Positions 37,151 through 47,394 of a DNA stretch of 64,000 nucleotides are shown here, one piece after another. The stretch comes from an uncultured Candidatus Saccharibacteria bacterium. GTDB lineage: Bacteria; Patescibacteriota; Minisyncoccia; Phycocordibacterales; UBA2100. Position numbers and translations under genes: made by a program. Each line of letters begins with the position of its first letter. Positions within the stretch are counted from its first letter, which is position 1. The stretch lies in NCBI GenBank assembly GCA_964648335.1, contig CAZYLZ010000002.1, positions 13,637 to 77,636 on the forward strand. Reading direction: 5' to 3'. Below the pieces are notes generated by a model. That model searched no databases, had not been told where the DNA came from, and saw only the letters and a list, made by a program, of their open reading frames with translations.

Positions 37151-37864
37151 ATGAAAAAACTCATATCGTCTTTGCCAGCCTCGGCAGCGCCCTGGCGTCT
37201 CTGGGGTGCCATTCTCATACTTGCTGTCATGACGACTCTCGCAGCATTCTCGTATATGCGCATCGAGGCACCAAAGGTACAAACAGGAACGTCAGCTGTC
37301 GGGGGAGTGGGAGATCAGCGTGACCATGTACTCGGCGAAGCAGCAGCTGACGTCAGGGTCATACTCTATTCAGACACCGAGTGCCCGTTCTGCAACAGCT
37401 TCCATGACTATTCTCTGCCGAAGATCCTCGACGAGTACGGCTCACGGGTCGCGGTGGTGTACCGACACTATCCAATCGTAACCTTACATCCCAATGCACG
37501 CATCGAGGCAGATGCGACCGAGTGCGCGTATGAGCAAAAGGGGCATGAGGGTTTTTGGGCGCTCCTCGATGCGCTCTATACCGCTATCGACAAAGAGAAC
37601 ACGTTCGATATCGCCCAGATACCCCAGCTGGCTCAGGAGGTCGGACTCGATCCGGTACGTCTCGAGAAATGCATTGATTCCGGGCAGGGCGATGTCTGGG
37701 TGAAGAAAAACATGGATCAAGCGACGACCGTGGGCGTCTACAAGACACCTACGGTGTATGTCGAGAACGTACAGACTGGTAAGAGCGTGCTCATTGCTGG
37801 TGCCGGCTTTACGGCGACCAAAGCTGCTATCCAACTGCTTCTGACGCAAGTATCAGTCCAATAG
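37151..37864 (+). CDS. DsbA-family thiol:disulfide oxidoreductase, membrane-anchored
   Basis: Thioredoxin-fold active site TECPFCNSFH (CPFC) and the DsbA helical insertion; ATG at 37151 precedes a TM helix. Confidence 0.75.
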   Translation: MKKLISSLPASAAPWRLWGAILILAVMTTLAAFSYMRIEAPKVQTGTSAVGGVGDQRDHVLGEAAADVRVILYSDTECPFCNSFHDYSLPKILDEYGSRVAVVYRHYPIVTLHPNARIEADATECAYEQKGHEGFWALLDALYTAIDKENTFDIAQIPQLAQEVGLDPVRLEKCIDSGQGDVWVKKNMDQATTVGVYKTPTVYVENVQTGKSVLIAGAGFTATKAAIQLLLTQVSVQ

Positions 37865-37878
37865 CATCTGCGAGCTTC

Positions 37879-39069
37879 TTATAAGTGCCGAGCGATGGTT
37901 TCTGCGATGATGCGGTAACCTCCTACTATAGGGTGCCCGTTGTTGATGCGTTCGTAAAGCGGAATCGACTTATTGAGTTCAATCGCCATATCGCGAAGTG
38001 GAAATACGCAATCGATCTTTTCTGTAATGCAAAAATCAGTAACCGCCGATGAGAGGTTTCGTTCGGCCCATTCGTACTCTTCGAAGCCGGGTATGGTAGT
38101 ACTCGCCATTCGCGCAGATTCGAGATAGACCATTTCCTTTGTCGGTATAAATACAATCAAAAGCTGTGCACCGGCCTCCTTTGTTCCGTCATGCATCTCG
38201 CGTAAGAAAGATTTGGTGAGCCTCCATCCCTCCTTTGTTGTCGCGTTGGTGAGGTCGACTGCGGGGTATCGATATGACGGCGAAAGTATCGTTCCGGTGA
38301 TACCCTCGAGACGGATTCCGAGGCCCGGATGGCTCTGGAGAAGCGTATCGAATCGATTTTTCCTTTCCTCAGGAGTTTCTCCCAGAGGCGATTGCCACCA
38401 TGCGTATGCGAAGTCTGCATCGAGTATCTCGAAGATCCTGCTGTATCCACGGGCTATCTGTCTGAACCTGGTGAACTTGTTCCAAAAAGAACCCGGAGCG
38501 TACCCATCGTCGAGCGCGATGCTCGTATCGATGAGTGTGTCAGTGATATCTGTTGAATACACAAACGAAGAATCACGGTACGGCGTCCAGTACGCTAATC
38601 GATATACTTGATCAACAGAACCCAATAGATCGTTTCCGGCGTACAAGCCTACTACCACCGTCTTTGGCTTGAGCGATAGGGCGGTCGGCAAAAGTGCTCT
38701 GTATTGAGCAGGTCCCCAGCCGACATGTGCCAGTTGATACACCGCTTTCCCCGAGATGGTTTCGAGTTGTGCAGGCCACGATTCGATTCGAAGTGCCTTG
38801 TATCCGAACGTCTGCGAATCACCAATCGCTACTATATCTGCCTGATCGACGGCTTTAAGATTACGAAATCCCCGGCTGTCGTATTCTCCCCCGGGACGCG
38901 CCCGTACGTCGAGAACCGCATCTGATAAGGGTGTATTGGGAGATGGCAACCATATACGTAACAGCACCTCTGACGTCGTTAGTGCAAGCAGTGCTCCCAC
39001 AGCAATCGCGAAGTAACGCATCCGACACCGGAGGAGTCTGTGAATCATGCTTTTTTTGCTCGCGCCCAC
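37879..39069 (-). CDS. SGNH/GDSL-family hydrolase-like protein, membrane-anchored
   Basis: N-terminal TM; IVAIGDSQTFG (GDSx block I) and later DxxH-like region; start ambiguous, with several in-frame Met codons (39048 or 39021) overlapping the upstream MTase stop. Confidence 0.5.
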   Translation of the reverse strand: MGASKKSMIHRLLRCRMRYFAIAVGALLALTTSEVLLRIWLPSPNTPLSDAVLDVRARPGGEYDSRGFRNLKAVDQADIVAIGDSQTFGYKALRIESWPAQLETISGKAVYQLAHVGWGPAQYRALLPTALSLKPKTVVVGLYAGNDLLGSVDQVYRLAYWTPYRDSSFVYSTDITDTLIDTSIALDDGYAPGSFWNKFTRFRQIARGYSRIFEILDADFAYAWWQSPLGETPEERKNRFDTLLQSHPGLGIRLEGITGTILSPSYRYPAVDLTNATTKEGWRLTKSFLREMHDGTKEAGAQLLIVFIPTKEMVYLESARMASTTIPGFEEYEWAERNLSSAVTDFCITEKIDCVFPLRDMAIELNKSIPLYERINNGHPIVGGYRIIAETIARHL

Positions 39070-39659
39070 ACGTGATACGGGAGCTCAGGTTCGTTCACGA
39101 GACTGTGTTCTCCCGGTCGATACTCCACCCAGCTGGCTAGGTTATCGACGACGCACGCGCGGTTTCCCCATGAGCCGGTCTCGATATATTCGAGCGGAAA
39201 GCCGCCCTCGGCCAAGAGATGCTTGAGTCCGAGTTCTGTCCAGCGACTGCAGTCGACCGGGTCATTGTGAACCCGCACGAGAAACGGAGTAGACACTAAA
39301 AAATACCCCCCTGGCCTGAGCGAATCGTATACATTTTTAACGGCACGATATGGCCAGAACACGTGTTCGAGCACTTGTTCGGCAATGACGAGGTCGTATT
39401 GCTTGGGCAAAACGTCTTTGCAGAGATCGAAGGCGGGAAAGTGCACAGAATCGTACGACTTGAATCCAAAATCGCTCCAAGCGTTTCCCGATATCTCCAC
39501 GGTCTCCAGTGTCTCGACAGGCAGAGCGCGGACGAGCTGCTTTGTCGCGTCATTCATGATGACGCGGCTCCAATTCGTGCGATTTTCTTTTTTTGCTGTT
39601 TTCAGAACAGGCTTAGTTTGGTCATTTCCAAAAGAAAACCCCGGGAACCATGAGTGCAT
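39045..39659 (-). CDS. Class I SAM-dependent methyltransferase
   Basis: DLVIAEQVLEHV and LRPGGYFLVSTP Rossmann MTase motifs; the real start may be the internal MNDATKQ (about 39557). Confidence 0.6.
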   Translation of the reverse strand: MHSWFPGFSFGNDQTKPVLKTAKKENRTNWSRVIMNDATKQLVRALPVETLETVEISGNAWSDFGFKSYDSVHFPAFDLCKDVLPKQYDLVIAEQVLEHVFWPYRAVKNVYDSLRPGGYFLVSTPFLVRVHNDPVDCSRWTELGLKHLLAEGGFPLEYIETGSWGNRACVVDNLASWVEYRPGEHSLVNEPELPYHVWARAKKA

Positions 39660-39760
39660 GAGTGGATTCTGTGGGGCGATGATGCTGTTGTCAATTCGAC
39701 TTTGTAGAGAGTGATGTTCTCTGGGAGTGACGGTAAACGCTCCGCTGTATACTGGGGGCC

Positions 39761-41761
39761 ATGGAGCCGGCGATACGCTATTCGGTCATCGTTCCGACCT
39801 ACGACAGGGTCGACGATCTCGAGACCTGTCTCGAGTCGCTCGTCGTACAGACGGCGAAAAATTTTGAAGTGATCATTGTCGACGATTGTTCGGGTCCCGA
39901 GACGCGCGCATTTGTCGAAACGTTTATTGCTAAGTATCCGCATATCCCGTCCCGGTACGTGCGACAAGAAAAAAACGGTGGACATGGGAAGGCGCGCAAT
40001 GCAGGAATGGCCATTGCGCGCGGCGAGATACTCTTGTTTACAGACGACGACTGCATCCTTCCGCCCGAATGGGTCGCTACGCATGCCGATGCGCATGTGC
40101 GGTATCCAGAAGCTGCAGGAGTAGGGGGTTGGTACTGGCCGCCAGCAGATCGTCCCAAGAACGTGTTCGATCGCTTTTACGAGATCCAGTACCGGTACTC
40201 GTACCAAGGTATGCATGATTGCGAAGTGTGGACCAATACAATGAGTTCGCTTGCGGGCAATACCGCGAATATGTCGTACAAGACAGACCTCATCCGCGCT
40301 CTCAATGGTTTCGACGAGGCTATCTACTTTACCGGCGGCATAGACTGGGAGCTCAAGACACGCATGATCGCAACCGGACGTTCGCTCGTCTCGATTCCAC
40401 TTTCGGTTGTGCACACCAAAGCATTCACCCTCCGATCGTTTCTATCGAAGACGATCAAGCTGGGGAGAGGGATGGATTACATGGCAAGTAAATACAAAGT
40501 AGTACAGCGCCCAAGTCTCAGATTCGCTCTCGGTACCTATAGTACTTGGAAGACGAACCCGGTTATCGGCGGGGAGTGCGCGTGGGTCGCGCTGCTATGG
40601 ACTTTGGCGCTCATCCCCGGCAAATGGGTCAATCGCCTGCGACATTTTCGTCCGAGAGAAGTATTTGACATGCGGAGTCTCAAATATTTCACCTACCGAT
40701 ACAAGAATGCTGCACGTATTTCGATGCACGAGATTCGAAAATTTGACCTTGAAGCGTCGGCCGCTCAGCTGGAAAAAGTGTTGCAAGGAGCCGGTTCGAC
40801 ATTGCGGTACTCGGTGATCATTCCGACTTTTAACCGAAGGGAGTATCTCGTGGTCGCTATCGAAGCGGTCCTTTCGCAAGAGCGCGTGCCGACACAACTC
40901 TTCGAATTAGTGGTCGTTGATGATGGCTCTACCGACGGGACCAAAGAAGCTGTCGAAGCCATCATCGCTGCGCACCCTGAGCGCGCGATACGGTATCTCT
41001 ATCAGCCTAACGCAGGTGCTTCCGTTGCGCGAAATGCAGGTGCTGCCGTGGCGGTAGGTAACATCCTTTTCTTCACCGACAGTGATTGCCGCGTTCCCAG
41101 GCACTGGCTGTGGAATATGCTCCAGGCGTATGAACAGTATCCCGAAATAGTCGGCACCGGTGGTGGGCAGCTGACGCGGAGAAAGGGGGCAACGCGGCTC
41201 GATCATTTCAGGGCGACCGCATCCGACAATCGTTTCGTTGCTACGTATCGCGACGCGATCATTATTTCAAACGATACCGTTTCTGGTATCGTGGCGTACG
41301 ATTCGGCGAGCATGTCGATTCGCGCAGACGTGTACAGGGAAGTAGGGGGGTTCTTTCCGATAGGGAGTACCGCCGTCGGTTTTTATCATGAGGATGTCGA
41401 TCTTGCCTGCCGGGTGCAGCGCAGGGGTCCTATGGCTTTGGTTCCTGGTGCCTTTGCCATGAACCGTCGCCTCCTTTCTTTTTCCGACTTTCGGAAGGTG
41501 GCATACGTACGAGGAGCGACACTCCCATTTCTCATAGAGCGGCTTTCGCCGGCAGCGACCTCGGTGTGCGAAACGCCACTTCGAGAGCAGGTGTTCATTA
41601 CCTTACTGCTCTGCCTCATGCGTCCGTTCGATATCGGCAGCTGGCTCTGGCTCGTGAATCTTGAACGATATGCCGCCGGGTATCGCCGCGGGCTCGCGGT
41701 CCAAGCCCAAGAGCGCGACTTCTCGGTTGAGGAGACAAAAACGGCTAAAAGCACCAAATAG
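39761..41761 (+). CDS. Tandem double glycosyltransferase family 2 (GT2) protein
   Basis: Two GT-A modules: YSVIVPTYDRVDDLETCLESLVVQT...VIIVDDCSGPET...FTDDDC and YSVIIPTFNRREYLVVAIEAVLSQ...LVVVDDGSTDGT...FTDSDC. Confidence 0.8.
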   Translation: MEPAIRYSVIVPTYDRVDDLETCLESLVVQTAKNFEVIIVDDCSGPETRAFVETFIAKYPHIPSRYVRQEKNGGHGKARNAGMAIARGEILLFTDDDCILPPEWVATHADAHVRYPEAAGVGGWYWPPADRPKNVFDRFYEIQYRYSYQGMHDCEVWTNTMSSLAGNTANMSYKTDLIRALNGFDEAIYFTGGIDWELKTRMIATGRSLVSIPLSVVHTKAFTLRSFLSKTIKLGRGMDYMASKYKVVQRPSLRFALGTYSTWKTNPVIGGECAWVALLWTLALIPGKWVNRLRHFRPREVFDMRSLKYFTYRYKNAARISMHEIRKFDLEASAAQLEKVLQGAGSTLRYSVIIPTFNRREYLVVAIEAVLSQERVPTQLFELVVVDDGSTDGTKEAVEAIIAAHPERAIRYLYQPNAGASVARNAGAAVAVGNILFFTDSDCRVPRHWLWNMLQAYEQYPEIVGTGGGQLTRRKGATRLDHFRATASDNRFVATYRDAIIISNDTVSGIVAYDSASMSIRADVYREVGGFFPIGSTAVGFYHEDVDLACRVQRRGPMALVPGAFAMNRRLLSFSDFRKVAYVRGATLPFLIERLSPAATSVCETPLREQVFITLLLCLMRPFDIGSWLWLVNLERYAAGYRRGLAVQAQERDFSVEETKTAKSTK

Positions 41762-41813
41762 AGACGTGGTAGAGCCGCTTCGGGGCATATCCGACCCAGG
41801 GTTTTCAACAGTA

Positions 41814-41841
41814 TTGACGTAGGTGTCAGTTTTGTTAGTAT
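41814..41841 (+). promoter_or_regulatory. Candidate tuf promoter (TTGACG, 16 nt, TAGTAT)
   Basis: ttgacg at 41814-41819; tagtat at 41836-41841; the decamer TTGTTAGTAT recurs at about 41917 just before the tuf ATG. Confidence 0.35.
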
Positions 41842-41935
41842 TGTGCCCACGCAGCGGCGACTCTTTTATTTGTGGCGCCTGGTTACAAATTGCGTTGGCA
41901 GCAATTCATTAGTAGGTTGTTAGTATATTTAACGT

Positions 41936-43135
41936 ATGGCAGATTTTGCTCGAACAAAGCCCCACGTGAACGTCGGTACCATCGGTCACGTCGACCACGG
42001 TAAGACTACGCTCACTGCGGCAATCCTCCACACCCTCCACATGGCGGCTGGACAGGGATACGGCGCCACCGAGAAGGGTGTCGACGCTATCGACTCCGCA
42101 CCAGAAGAGAAGGCACGTGGTATTACTATCTCGCTCTCGCACTCCGAGTACGAGACACCGAAGCGCCACTACGCGCACATCGACGCTCCTGGTCACGCAG
42201 ACTATATCAAGAACATGATCACGGGTGCCGCTCAGATGGACGGTGCAATCTTGGTTATCGCGGCGACTGACGGTGTTATGCCTCAGACACGCGAGCACGT
42301 TCTCTTGGCTAAGCAGGTCGGCGTTCCAAAGATCATCGTCTTCTTGAACAAGGTAGACATGGTTGAGGACAAAGACCTCATCGACCTCGTCGAGGAGGAG
42401 GTCCGCGAACTCTTGGACAAGCAGGGCTTCGACGGCGCAAACACGCCGATCATCCGCGGTTCGGGCCTTAAGGCTCTCGAGTCAACCGACATCAACAGCG
42501 AGTGGTCTCAGAAGGTTCTCGAGCTTGCGAAAGCTCTCGACGAATACATCCCAGAGCCAAAGCGCGAACTCGACAAGCCATTCCTTATGCCAATCGAAGA
42601 CATCTTCTCGATCGAAGGACGCGGAACCGTGGTTACGGGCCGCATCGAGCGCGGAGTTGTGAAAGTTGGTGAGGAAGTCGAGATTGTCGGTCTTCAGGAC
42701 ACCGCAAAGACGACCGTAACCGGCGTCGAGATGTTCAACAAGTCGCTCCAGCAGGGAGAGGCAGGTGACAACGCAGGAATCCTCTTGCGCGGTACCAAGA
42801 AGGACGACGTCCACCGCGGACAGGTTCTCTGCAAGACCGGATCGGTAAAGCCACACACCGAATTCGAGGCAGAAATCTACATCTTGTCTAAAGAAGAAGG
42901 AGGTCGCCACACTCCATTCTTTAGCGGATACAAGCCACAGTTCTACATCGGTACTACCGACGTGACTGGCGAGGTTACCCTTAAGGAAGGTGTCGAAATG
43001 GTTATGCCAGGCGATACCGTTACCTTCAAGGTCAAGCTCGTAGCTCCGATCGCTCTCGAAGAGCAGCGCCGCTTTGCGGTTCGCGAAGGAGGCAAGACTG
43101 TCGGTGCCGGAGTCGTCACCAAGGTCATTGCGTAA
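41936..43135 (+). CDS. tuf: Elongation factor Tu
   Basis: [22 protein letters not shown] and NKVD motifs; 399 aa. Confidence 0.95.
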   Translation: MADFARTKPHVNVGTIGHVDHGKTTLTAAILHTLHMAAGQGYGATEKGVDAIDSAPEEKARGITISLSHSEYETPKRHYAHIDAPGHADYIKNMITGAAQMDGAILVIAATDGVMPQTREHVLLAKQVGVPKIIVFLNKVDMVEDKDLIDLVEEEVRELLDKQGFDGANTPIIRGSGLKALESTDINSEWSQKVLELAKALDEYIPEPKRELDKPFLMPIEDIFSIEGRGTVVTGRIERGVVKVGEEVEIVGLQDTAKTTVTGVEMFNKSLQQGEAGDNAGILLRGTKKDDVHRGQVLCKTGSVKPHTEFEAEIYILSKEEGGRHTPFFSGYKPQFYIGTTDVTGEVTLKEGVEMVMPGDTVTFKVKLVAPIALEEQRRFAVREGGKTVGAGVVTKVIA

Positions 43136-43157
43136 ATCTCTCTAGATTCAAGCAAAC

Positions 43158-43186
43158 AAAACCCCACCGAAAGGTGGGGTTTTGTT
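43158..43186 (+). terminator. tuf rho-independent terminator (aaaaccccacc-gaaa-ggtggggtttt)
   Basis: 11-bp stem with a T-run; a second hairpin (aaacgctcgac-tatc-gtcgagcgttt, 43210-43237) serves the convergent minus-strand gene. Confidence 0.65.
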
Positions 43187-43252
43187 ATGCACAGACCGGG
43201 TTGTGTATCAAAAAACGCTCGACTATCGTCGAGCGTTTGAATGCCGTCCAAG

Positions 43253-43762
43253 CTACTTGCATCTGCGCTTGATAGCCGCCGCATCTTCGAGAACGATGTC
43301 TGCGATATGCTCCCATTGCGAACGGAACGCTTCGTTCTTACCGTACCCATCGCTAATCGCTTCCATGCCGAAGAGGCCGCCTACGTCACACTCCATATGA
43401 CGTGCATTGAGAACGTTACCCGATTCCGAGAGCTCGATAGTAAATCGATTGCACCGATTACCGTTGATCAGATGGCGATCCTGTGCTCGTCCTTGCATGA
43501 CAAGTGTGCGATCGTTTTTGCGCGAGAGGTACAAGATTCTGATATCGTACCTCGTCCGGTCAGTGTCAGGGTAGAAATAGGCGCTCGTCGGCGTCGTATC
43601 GTCGTGCGGTCCGACGAAATACTGCACATAAGCGCAGTCAGGTGCGTCGTCGATGGCCTCGAGAAGACCCAGGAATCTCTGTAGTCGATTCGATTCGGAT
43701 GCTGGTGCCGAGGGTGTGCAGAGGCTCAGCGCACAACAAGCAATCAAAAATGTCTGTCGCAT
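43253..43762 (-). CDS. Secreted hypothetical protein (170 aa)
   Basis: ATG at 43762 after a GGGAGAGA SD; signal peptide MRQTFLIACCALSLCTPSAPA. Confidence 0.5.
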   Translation of the reverse strand: MRQTFLIACCALSLCTPSAPASESNRLQRFLGLLEAIDDAPDCAYVQYFVGPHDDTTPTSAYFYPDTDRTRYDIRILYLSRKNDRTLVMQGRAQDRHLINGNRCNRFTIELSESGNVLNARHMECDVGGLFGMEAISDGYGKNEAFRSQWEHIADIVLEDAAAIKRRCK

Positions 43763-43897
43763 CGGTCTCTCCCATGGTTTGGCATATTCTGCGGTGCATT
43801 GTGCATGCGGGGGAGGGTATGTCAATTTCGCGATCGTTTCTCGCACTCGGTATCATTTTCTGTTACTGTGCCCAAAGTTGTAACAGTGGAGGACCCG

Positions 43898-44350
43898 ATG
43901 AGGAACGAATTAGGCGCTCTCGCAGTTGGTGTTTTGATGGCCATAGGCATGGTTCGACCGGTGTGGTCCGAACCGGGCGATGCTACAAAAGCACGGACAA
44001 TGCTCGATCGTGTCGTTGTGGCGGTAACGAAAGATCAGGCCGCCGCAATGATGTCGTTCTCGACAGGGGCCGACGGATTCAAGGATGGCGACATCTATCC
44101 GTTCTGCTTTGGTCTCAAAGATGGCATCGTGATGAGCGGTCAAACTAAGGGGCGCGACATTCGTACCTTCGCGCCGTCGGACAAGGGCGGACAGCGGATG
44201 TACGATGCAGCACAGCAGCCCGAGGGAGTAGTCACACAAGTGACGTATCTCGCGCGTAGACCACCACCAGCCGGCGATACGCCGGTTACCAAAGTAAGTG
44301 TCGTGCGGCGCATCGGCGAAATCGCTTGCGGCGTCGGCTACTATCCATAA
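43898..44350 (+). CDS. Secreted single-Cache-like (sCache_2-like) sensor-domain protein
   Basis: Signal peptide; DRVVVAVTKDQAAAMMSFS...GDIYPFCFGLKDGIVMSGQTKGRDIRTFA...GVVTQVTYLARRP follows the Cache pattern (long helix, then F.YD.G..H......G.D.......Y.W). Confidence 0.5.
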   Translation: MRNELGALAVGVLMAIGMVRPVWSEPGDATKARTMLDRVVVAVTKDQAAAMMSFSTGADGFKDGDIYPFCFGLKDGIVMSGQTKGRDIRTFAPSDKGGQRMYDAAQQPEGVVTQVTYLARRPPPAGDTPVTKVSVVRRIGEIACGVGYYP

Positions 44351-44375
44351 TCCGAAAAGAGTGAAAGGAGGGAGT

Positions 44376-44684
44376 ATGGAGCGATGCGACTACCTGCTGC
44401 CCGATCATTTAGGGCACATAGCTATCGGCGATGATGTCCGGCCACAGTGCCTGCTCCCTCAAGAGCACGAAGGCACTCACCTGGTGCAGTTCTCTGGAGG
44501 GCAACACATCGAGTGGGAACACTCTCGTGAATGTATCGAGCCCGATGCCTGCGCCGACTATGCCCACTGCCAGCATTTCGACTATTGGGAGCTGACGAAA
44601 AAAGAAGCAAAAGAACGTATAGAAAAAGAATCCCCGCGAACTTACGTTCGCGGGGAGATCGTTTTTTGTCAGACTAAAAATTGA
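44376..44684 (+). CDS. Small Cys/His-rich hypothetical protein (102 aa)
   Basis: SD GGAGGGAG; MERCDYLLPDHLGHIAIG...HSRECIEPDACADYAHCQHFDYWE. Confidence 0.4.
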   Translation: MERCDYLLPDHLGHIAIGDDVRPQCLLPQEHEGTHLVQFSGGQHIEWEHSRECIEPDACADYAHCQHFDYWELTKKEAKERIEKESPRTYVRGEIVFCQTKN

Positions 44685-44756
44685 CACTGTATAAACTAAT
44701 GGTAAAATGTTTTTAGTGCAAAGCGTAGGGCGCTTTGCTGAACCAGGAGGTATAGA

Positions 44757-45860
44757 ATGAAAAGAAGCAGCACCATTGCAGCGATTCTTGCGGCTGTGAG
44801 TACCGTCTTCGCTGGCACGACTCACGCAAAATCCCCGATCGGAGAGCGGATGCTGGGATCGTACGTCGGGTTCAGTCCGATCGCGGCCTCAAACGGTGCC
44901 CTGTTCGAGGAAAATCACTTCGGGGTGACATTCGATACGCAGGGAGTCCTGCTATCCTATCGTATCGGCGGCCGGCCGTTTCAGATCCGCTATGGTAACG
45001 AATGGCTCTTCGACATCAGGGGTGGGGGTGTCGAGCCTTGTCTTGCTCTGCGACAACATCAGTCGTCGACTTTGGCGCGGTACATATTCTGTCAGACTGC
45101 GGAAGTGCCCGCTGTAGAGATGGATATCGTTATGTTTCTCGGCGAGGGCATGCCAGCGATTCTCGGCGTGTTCTACAAGCAAGATCGCGGCATCGACCTC
45201 GTCAGGCAGGCATACGATTCGGCCTATAGTCCCGCTCGACCAAACACCAACACCGTCTCGATCTTCTTGCGCCCCTTCGACGAACAACGTTCGCGAGACA
45301 CCATGAGGTCGGGGACTGCCGACGCAAAAGTAGCCCTGGTCGAGGCAGTAGCGCAGAACCTATGGGTTGCTCCCGAAGATGAGATCGCACAGCGCATTGA
45401 GCTCATCAAGCAAGCTGTCGCCGACAAAAACCCGCAGGTGCAACGGACTGCTCTCAACACGTTTGTCCTCGGCGGACGAGTCGTCCATGGGGTCGACATC
45501 GTATCGAGGGCCATCCATAAGCAAGACATCGACAGCGTCGTCTTAAAGGAAGCAGTTTACGCTGCTACCTGCCTCATGTTCGAAGCCTACCAGCGAGTGC
45601 AGAAAGCGAATCGTGTCGAGAAAGAATTCGGTACAACCGATATCGACCTCATACACCAGAGGACGGGCGGCGTGCTGAATGCCTTCGCGATCACTGATCT
45701 TGAGGACGTTACTCGCTCGGTCCCGCCGTCGCGACGGTGGACGCGCGATCATCTCGCGACTCTTCGTGCCGCGCTCAAGCAGGCTATCGTGAGTCCTCTG
45801 TTGAGTAGGGAGTCTCGTCAGGACGCCGAACAAGCGCTCGTGCAGTATCAAATTCCGTAA
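44757..45860 (+). CDS. Secreted hypothetical protein (367 aa)
   Basis: AGGAGG SD; signal peptide MKRSSTIAAILAAVSTVFAGTTHA; terminator hairpin at 45877-45910. Confidence 0.55.
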   Translation: MKRSSTIAAILAAVSTVFAGTTHAKSPIGERMLGSYVGFSPIAASNGALFEENHFGVTFDTQGVLLSYRIGGRPFQIRYGNEWLFDIRGGGVEPCLALRQHQSSTLARYIFCQTAEVPAVEMDIVMFLGEGMPAILGVFYKQDRGIDLVRQAYDSAYSPARPNTNTVSIFLRPFDEQRSRDTMRSGTADAKVALVEAVAQNLWVAPEDEIAQRIELIKQAVADKNPQVQRTALNTFVLGGRVVHGVDIVSRAIHKQDIDSVVLKEAVYAATCLMFEAYQRVQKANRVEKEFGTTDIDLIHQRTGGVLNAFAITDLEDVTRSVPPSRRWTRDHLATLRAALKQAIVSPLLSRESRQDAEQALVQYQIP

Positions 45861-45959
45861 TCTGCGCAACAACGACCGACCGCCGCTTCACAAGCGGCGG
45901 TCTCTTTTTACCTCGCGGATACGGCATGATACTGTACTCACAGCAAAAGGAGGTCCGAA

Positions 45960-46247
45960 ATGACGAATCAGCAGCACGACTACTCGAACCCGCCCGATTG
46001 GGCTACTCCCGAGGCGTGGGCCGCAGTCGAAAAAATAGTTGACCGCGCAAAGAAGAACTACGATCGACTCTTACGAGAATCGCAAGAAAAGCTGTTGCGC
46101 GATCATTGGGGTGAATACATAGTAATTGCTTCGTATTTACCCTTGCGATACGTGGTCGCAAAGAAAGAGCTCGACGCAGATAATGCATTCAAAGCCAAAT
46201 ACCCTAGGATCAAAAGTGCGGCGCTCTTTCAGATAGGATGTATATAA
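45960..46247 (+). CDS. Small hypothetical protein (95 aa)
   Basis: AAAGGAGG SD directly upstream; no recognisable motif. Confidence 0.45.
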   Translation: MTNQQHDYSNPPDWATPEAWAAVEKIVDRAKKNYDRLLRESQEKLLRDHWGEYIVIASYLPLRYVVAKKELDADNAFKAKYPRIKSAALFQIGCI

Positions 46248-46281
46248 GAAACCCGCCGAGCATGCGCTCGGCGGGTATTTG

Positions 46282-46944
46282 TTACGCAAAGATAAGTGGG
46301 GTGGGGTCGGGGCATTTGCGTGCCCAGAACATTATCTCGCTTTCTTTGACGTATCCGTCCATAGTGTTCGAAAAGTTTTCCCAGTCGGTCACGTCGTCGA
46401 TGTCGGCGAACAGATTGAGATGCAGGTGCGGACGCCACACGCCGTTGACCGTTGAGTTGCCGATGGTTCCGATCCAGACGCCTTTTGTTACTCGGACGCC
46501 AGTGGCGTGTGGCAGATGCTTTGCAAGGTGTGCGTACACCAATGCATGCGGTCTTCCGCGAAAATTGATGATCTGGATTACGTGATACCCCCATCCGCCG
46601 ACAAGCGGCGCATCGGTCCCTTGATACACAATCGGTCCATCGGCGAGGCTCAGGACGCGGATGCCGGGGTTGTGATTTACGTCGATGCCGGTATGTATCC
46701 AGAGCTTGTCTTTCTCGAGGTAGGTTCCTCGGCGTATGTTGCTGCGGTCTTCCATCCATCCACCGTACGACCAGTCGAGTCCGAGATACCGGTGGTACTC
46801 TTCTTCCATCTGGTGCGTGACGACCGGATCTTTGAATGGTCGGAGCTTCCGTGGGACGTCATACCTCTTCTCCCACCAGATTGATCCGGTGTTGAGGTTT
46901 GCGTACCCATGGCGCTCGGCCATGATCTTGCTCTCGAATATCAT
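46282..46944 (-). CDS. M23-family (LytM-type) metallopeptidase
   Basis: HTGIDV (HxxxD) and PHLHLNL (HxH) zinc-ligand motifs; AGGAGG SD before the ATG at 46944. Confidence 0.7.
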   Translation of the reverse strand: MIFESKIMAERHGYANLNTGSIWWEKRYDVPRKLRPFKDPVVTHQMEEEYHRYLGLDWSYGGWMEDRSNIRRGTYLEKDKLWIHTGIDVNHNPGIRVLSLADGPIVYQGTDAPLVGGWGYHVIQIINFRGRPHALVYAHLAKHLPHATGVRVTKGVWIGTIGNSTVNGVWRPHLHLNLFADIDDVTDWENFSNTMDGYVKESEIMFWARKCPDPTPLIFA

Positions 46945-47214
46945 AAGTGCCTCCTGTGTGTTTGGGACAAAACTTGGCGCAGGATACGGCAAAGGGAGGG
47001 GGTGTCAATATGAAAAGGCAAGCGTTGCCTAAAAAGAAAGCGCAGCCGGGTGGCGGCTGCGCGGTCGTGTTCGACGAAGCCTCTAACAACGTCGAGTACG
47101 TACTTTACTACGAACTGGGTGAGATGGCAATGAAGCAGCAAAGCAGCAAGCTACCTCGAGGGTAGCAAGCCGGCAGAAGGTTAGAGGCCATCTGCCGGCC
47201 CACCTGATCGCTAC

Positions 47215-47394
47215 TTAACGATCCTTCGAGCAGTCAGATACTGCTACCTGACTGCTCTTGGGCGCACCTGCCAGAGCAGGGGGTACGGTCTCGCACTCGT
47301 GACCGTACATCGCTACTGGAGCCAGTGCGATGCTACAGCTTGTGCCGGCGATCTGAGTCATCACCAGCACCGACGCGATCGTTCGTAGTCTCAT
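47215..47394 (-). CDS. Unlisted small ORF: secreted peptide (59 aa) with signal peptide and 3 Cys
   Basis: AGGTGG SD before the ATG at 47394; MRLRTIASVLVMTQIAGTSCSIALA-PVAMYGHECETVPPALAGAPKSSQVAVSDCSKDR; terminator-like hairpin (gccggcag...ctgccggc) shared with the convergent small ORF at 47009-47165. Confidence 0.3.
   Translation of the reverse strand: MRLRTIASVLVMTQIAGTSCSIALAPVAMYGHECETVPPALAGAPKSSQVAVSDCSKDR

Noticed and set aside
41762-41935. Looked for tRNA genes upstream of tuf (as in tufB operons) and in other intergenic regions
   Set aside because: No cloverleaf-compatible sequence with a GTTCRANYC T-loop was found in any intergenic region. No tRNA or rRNA is called in this window.
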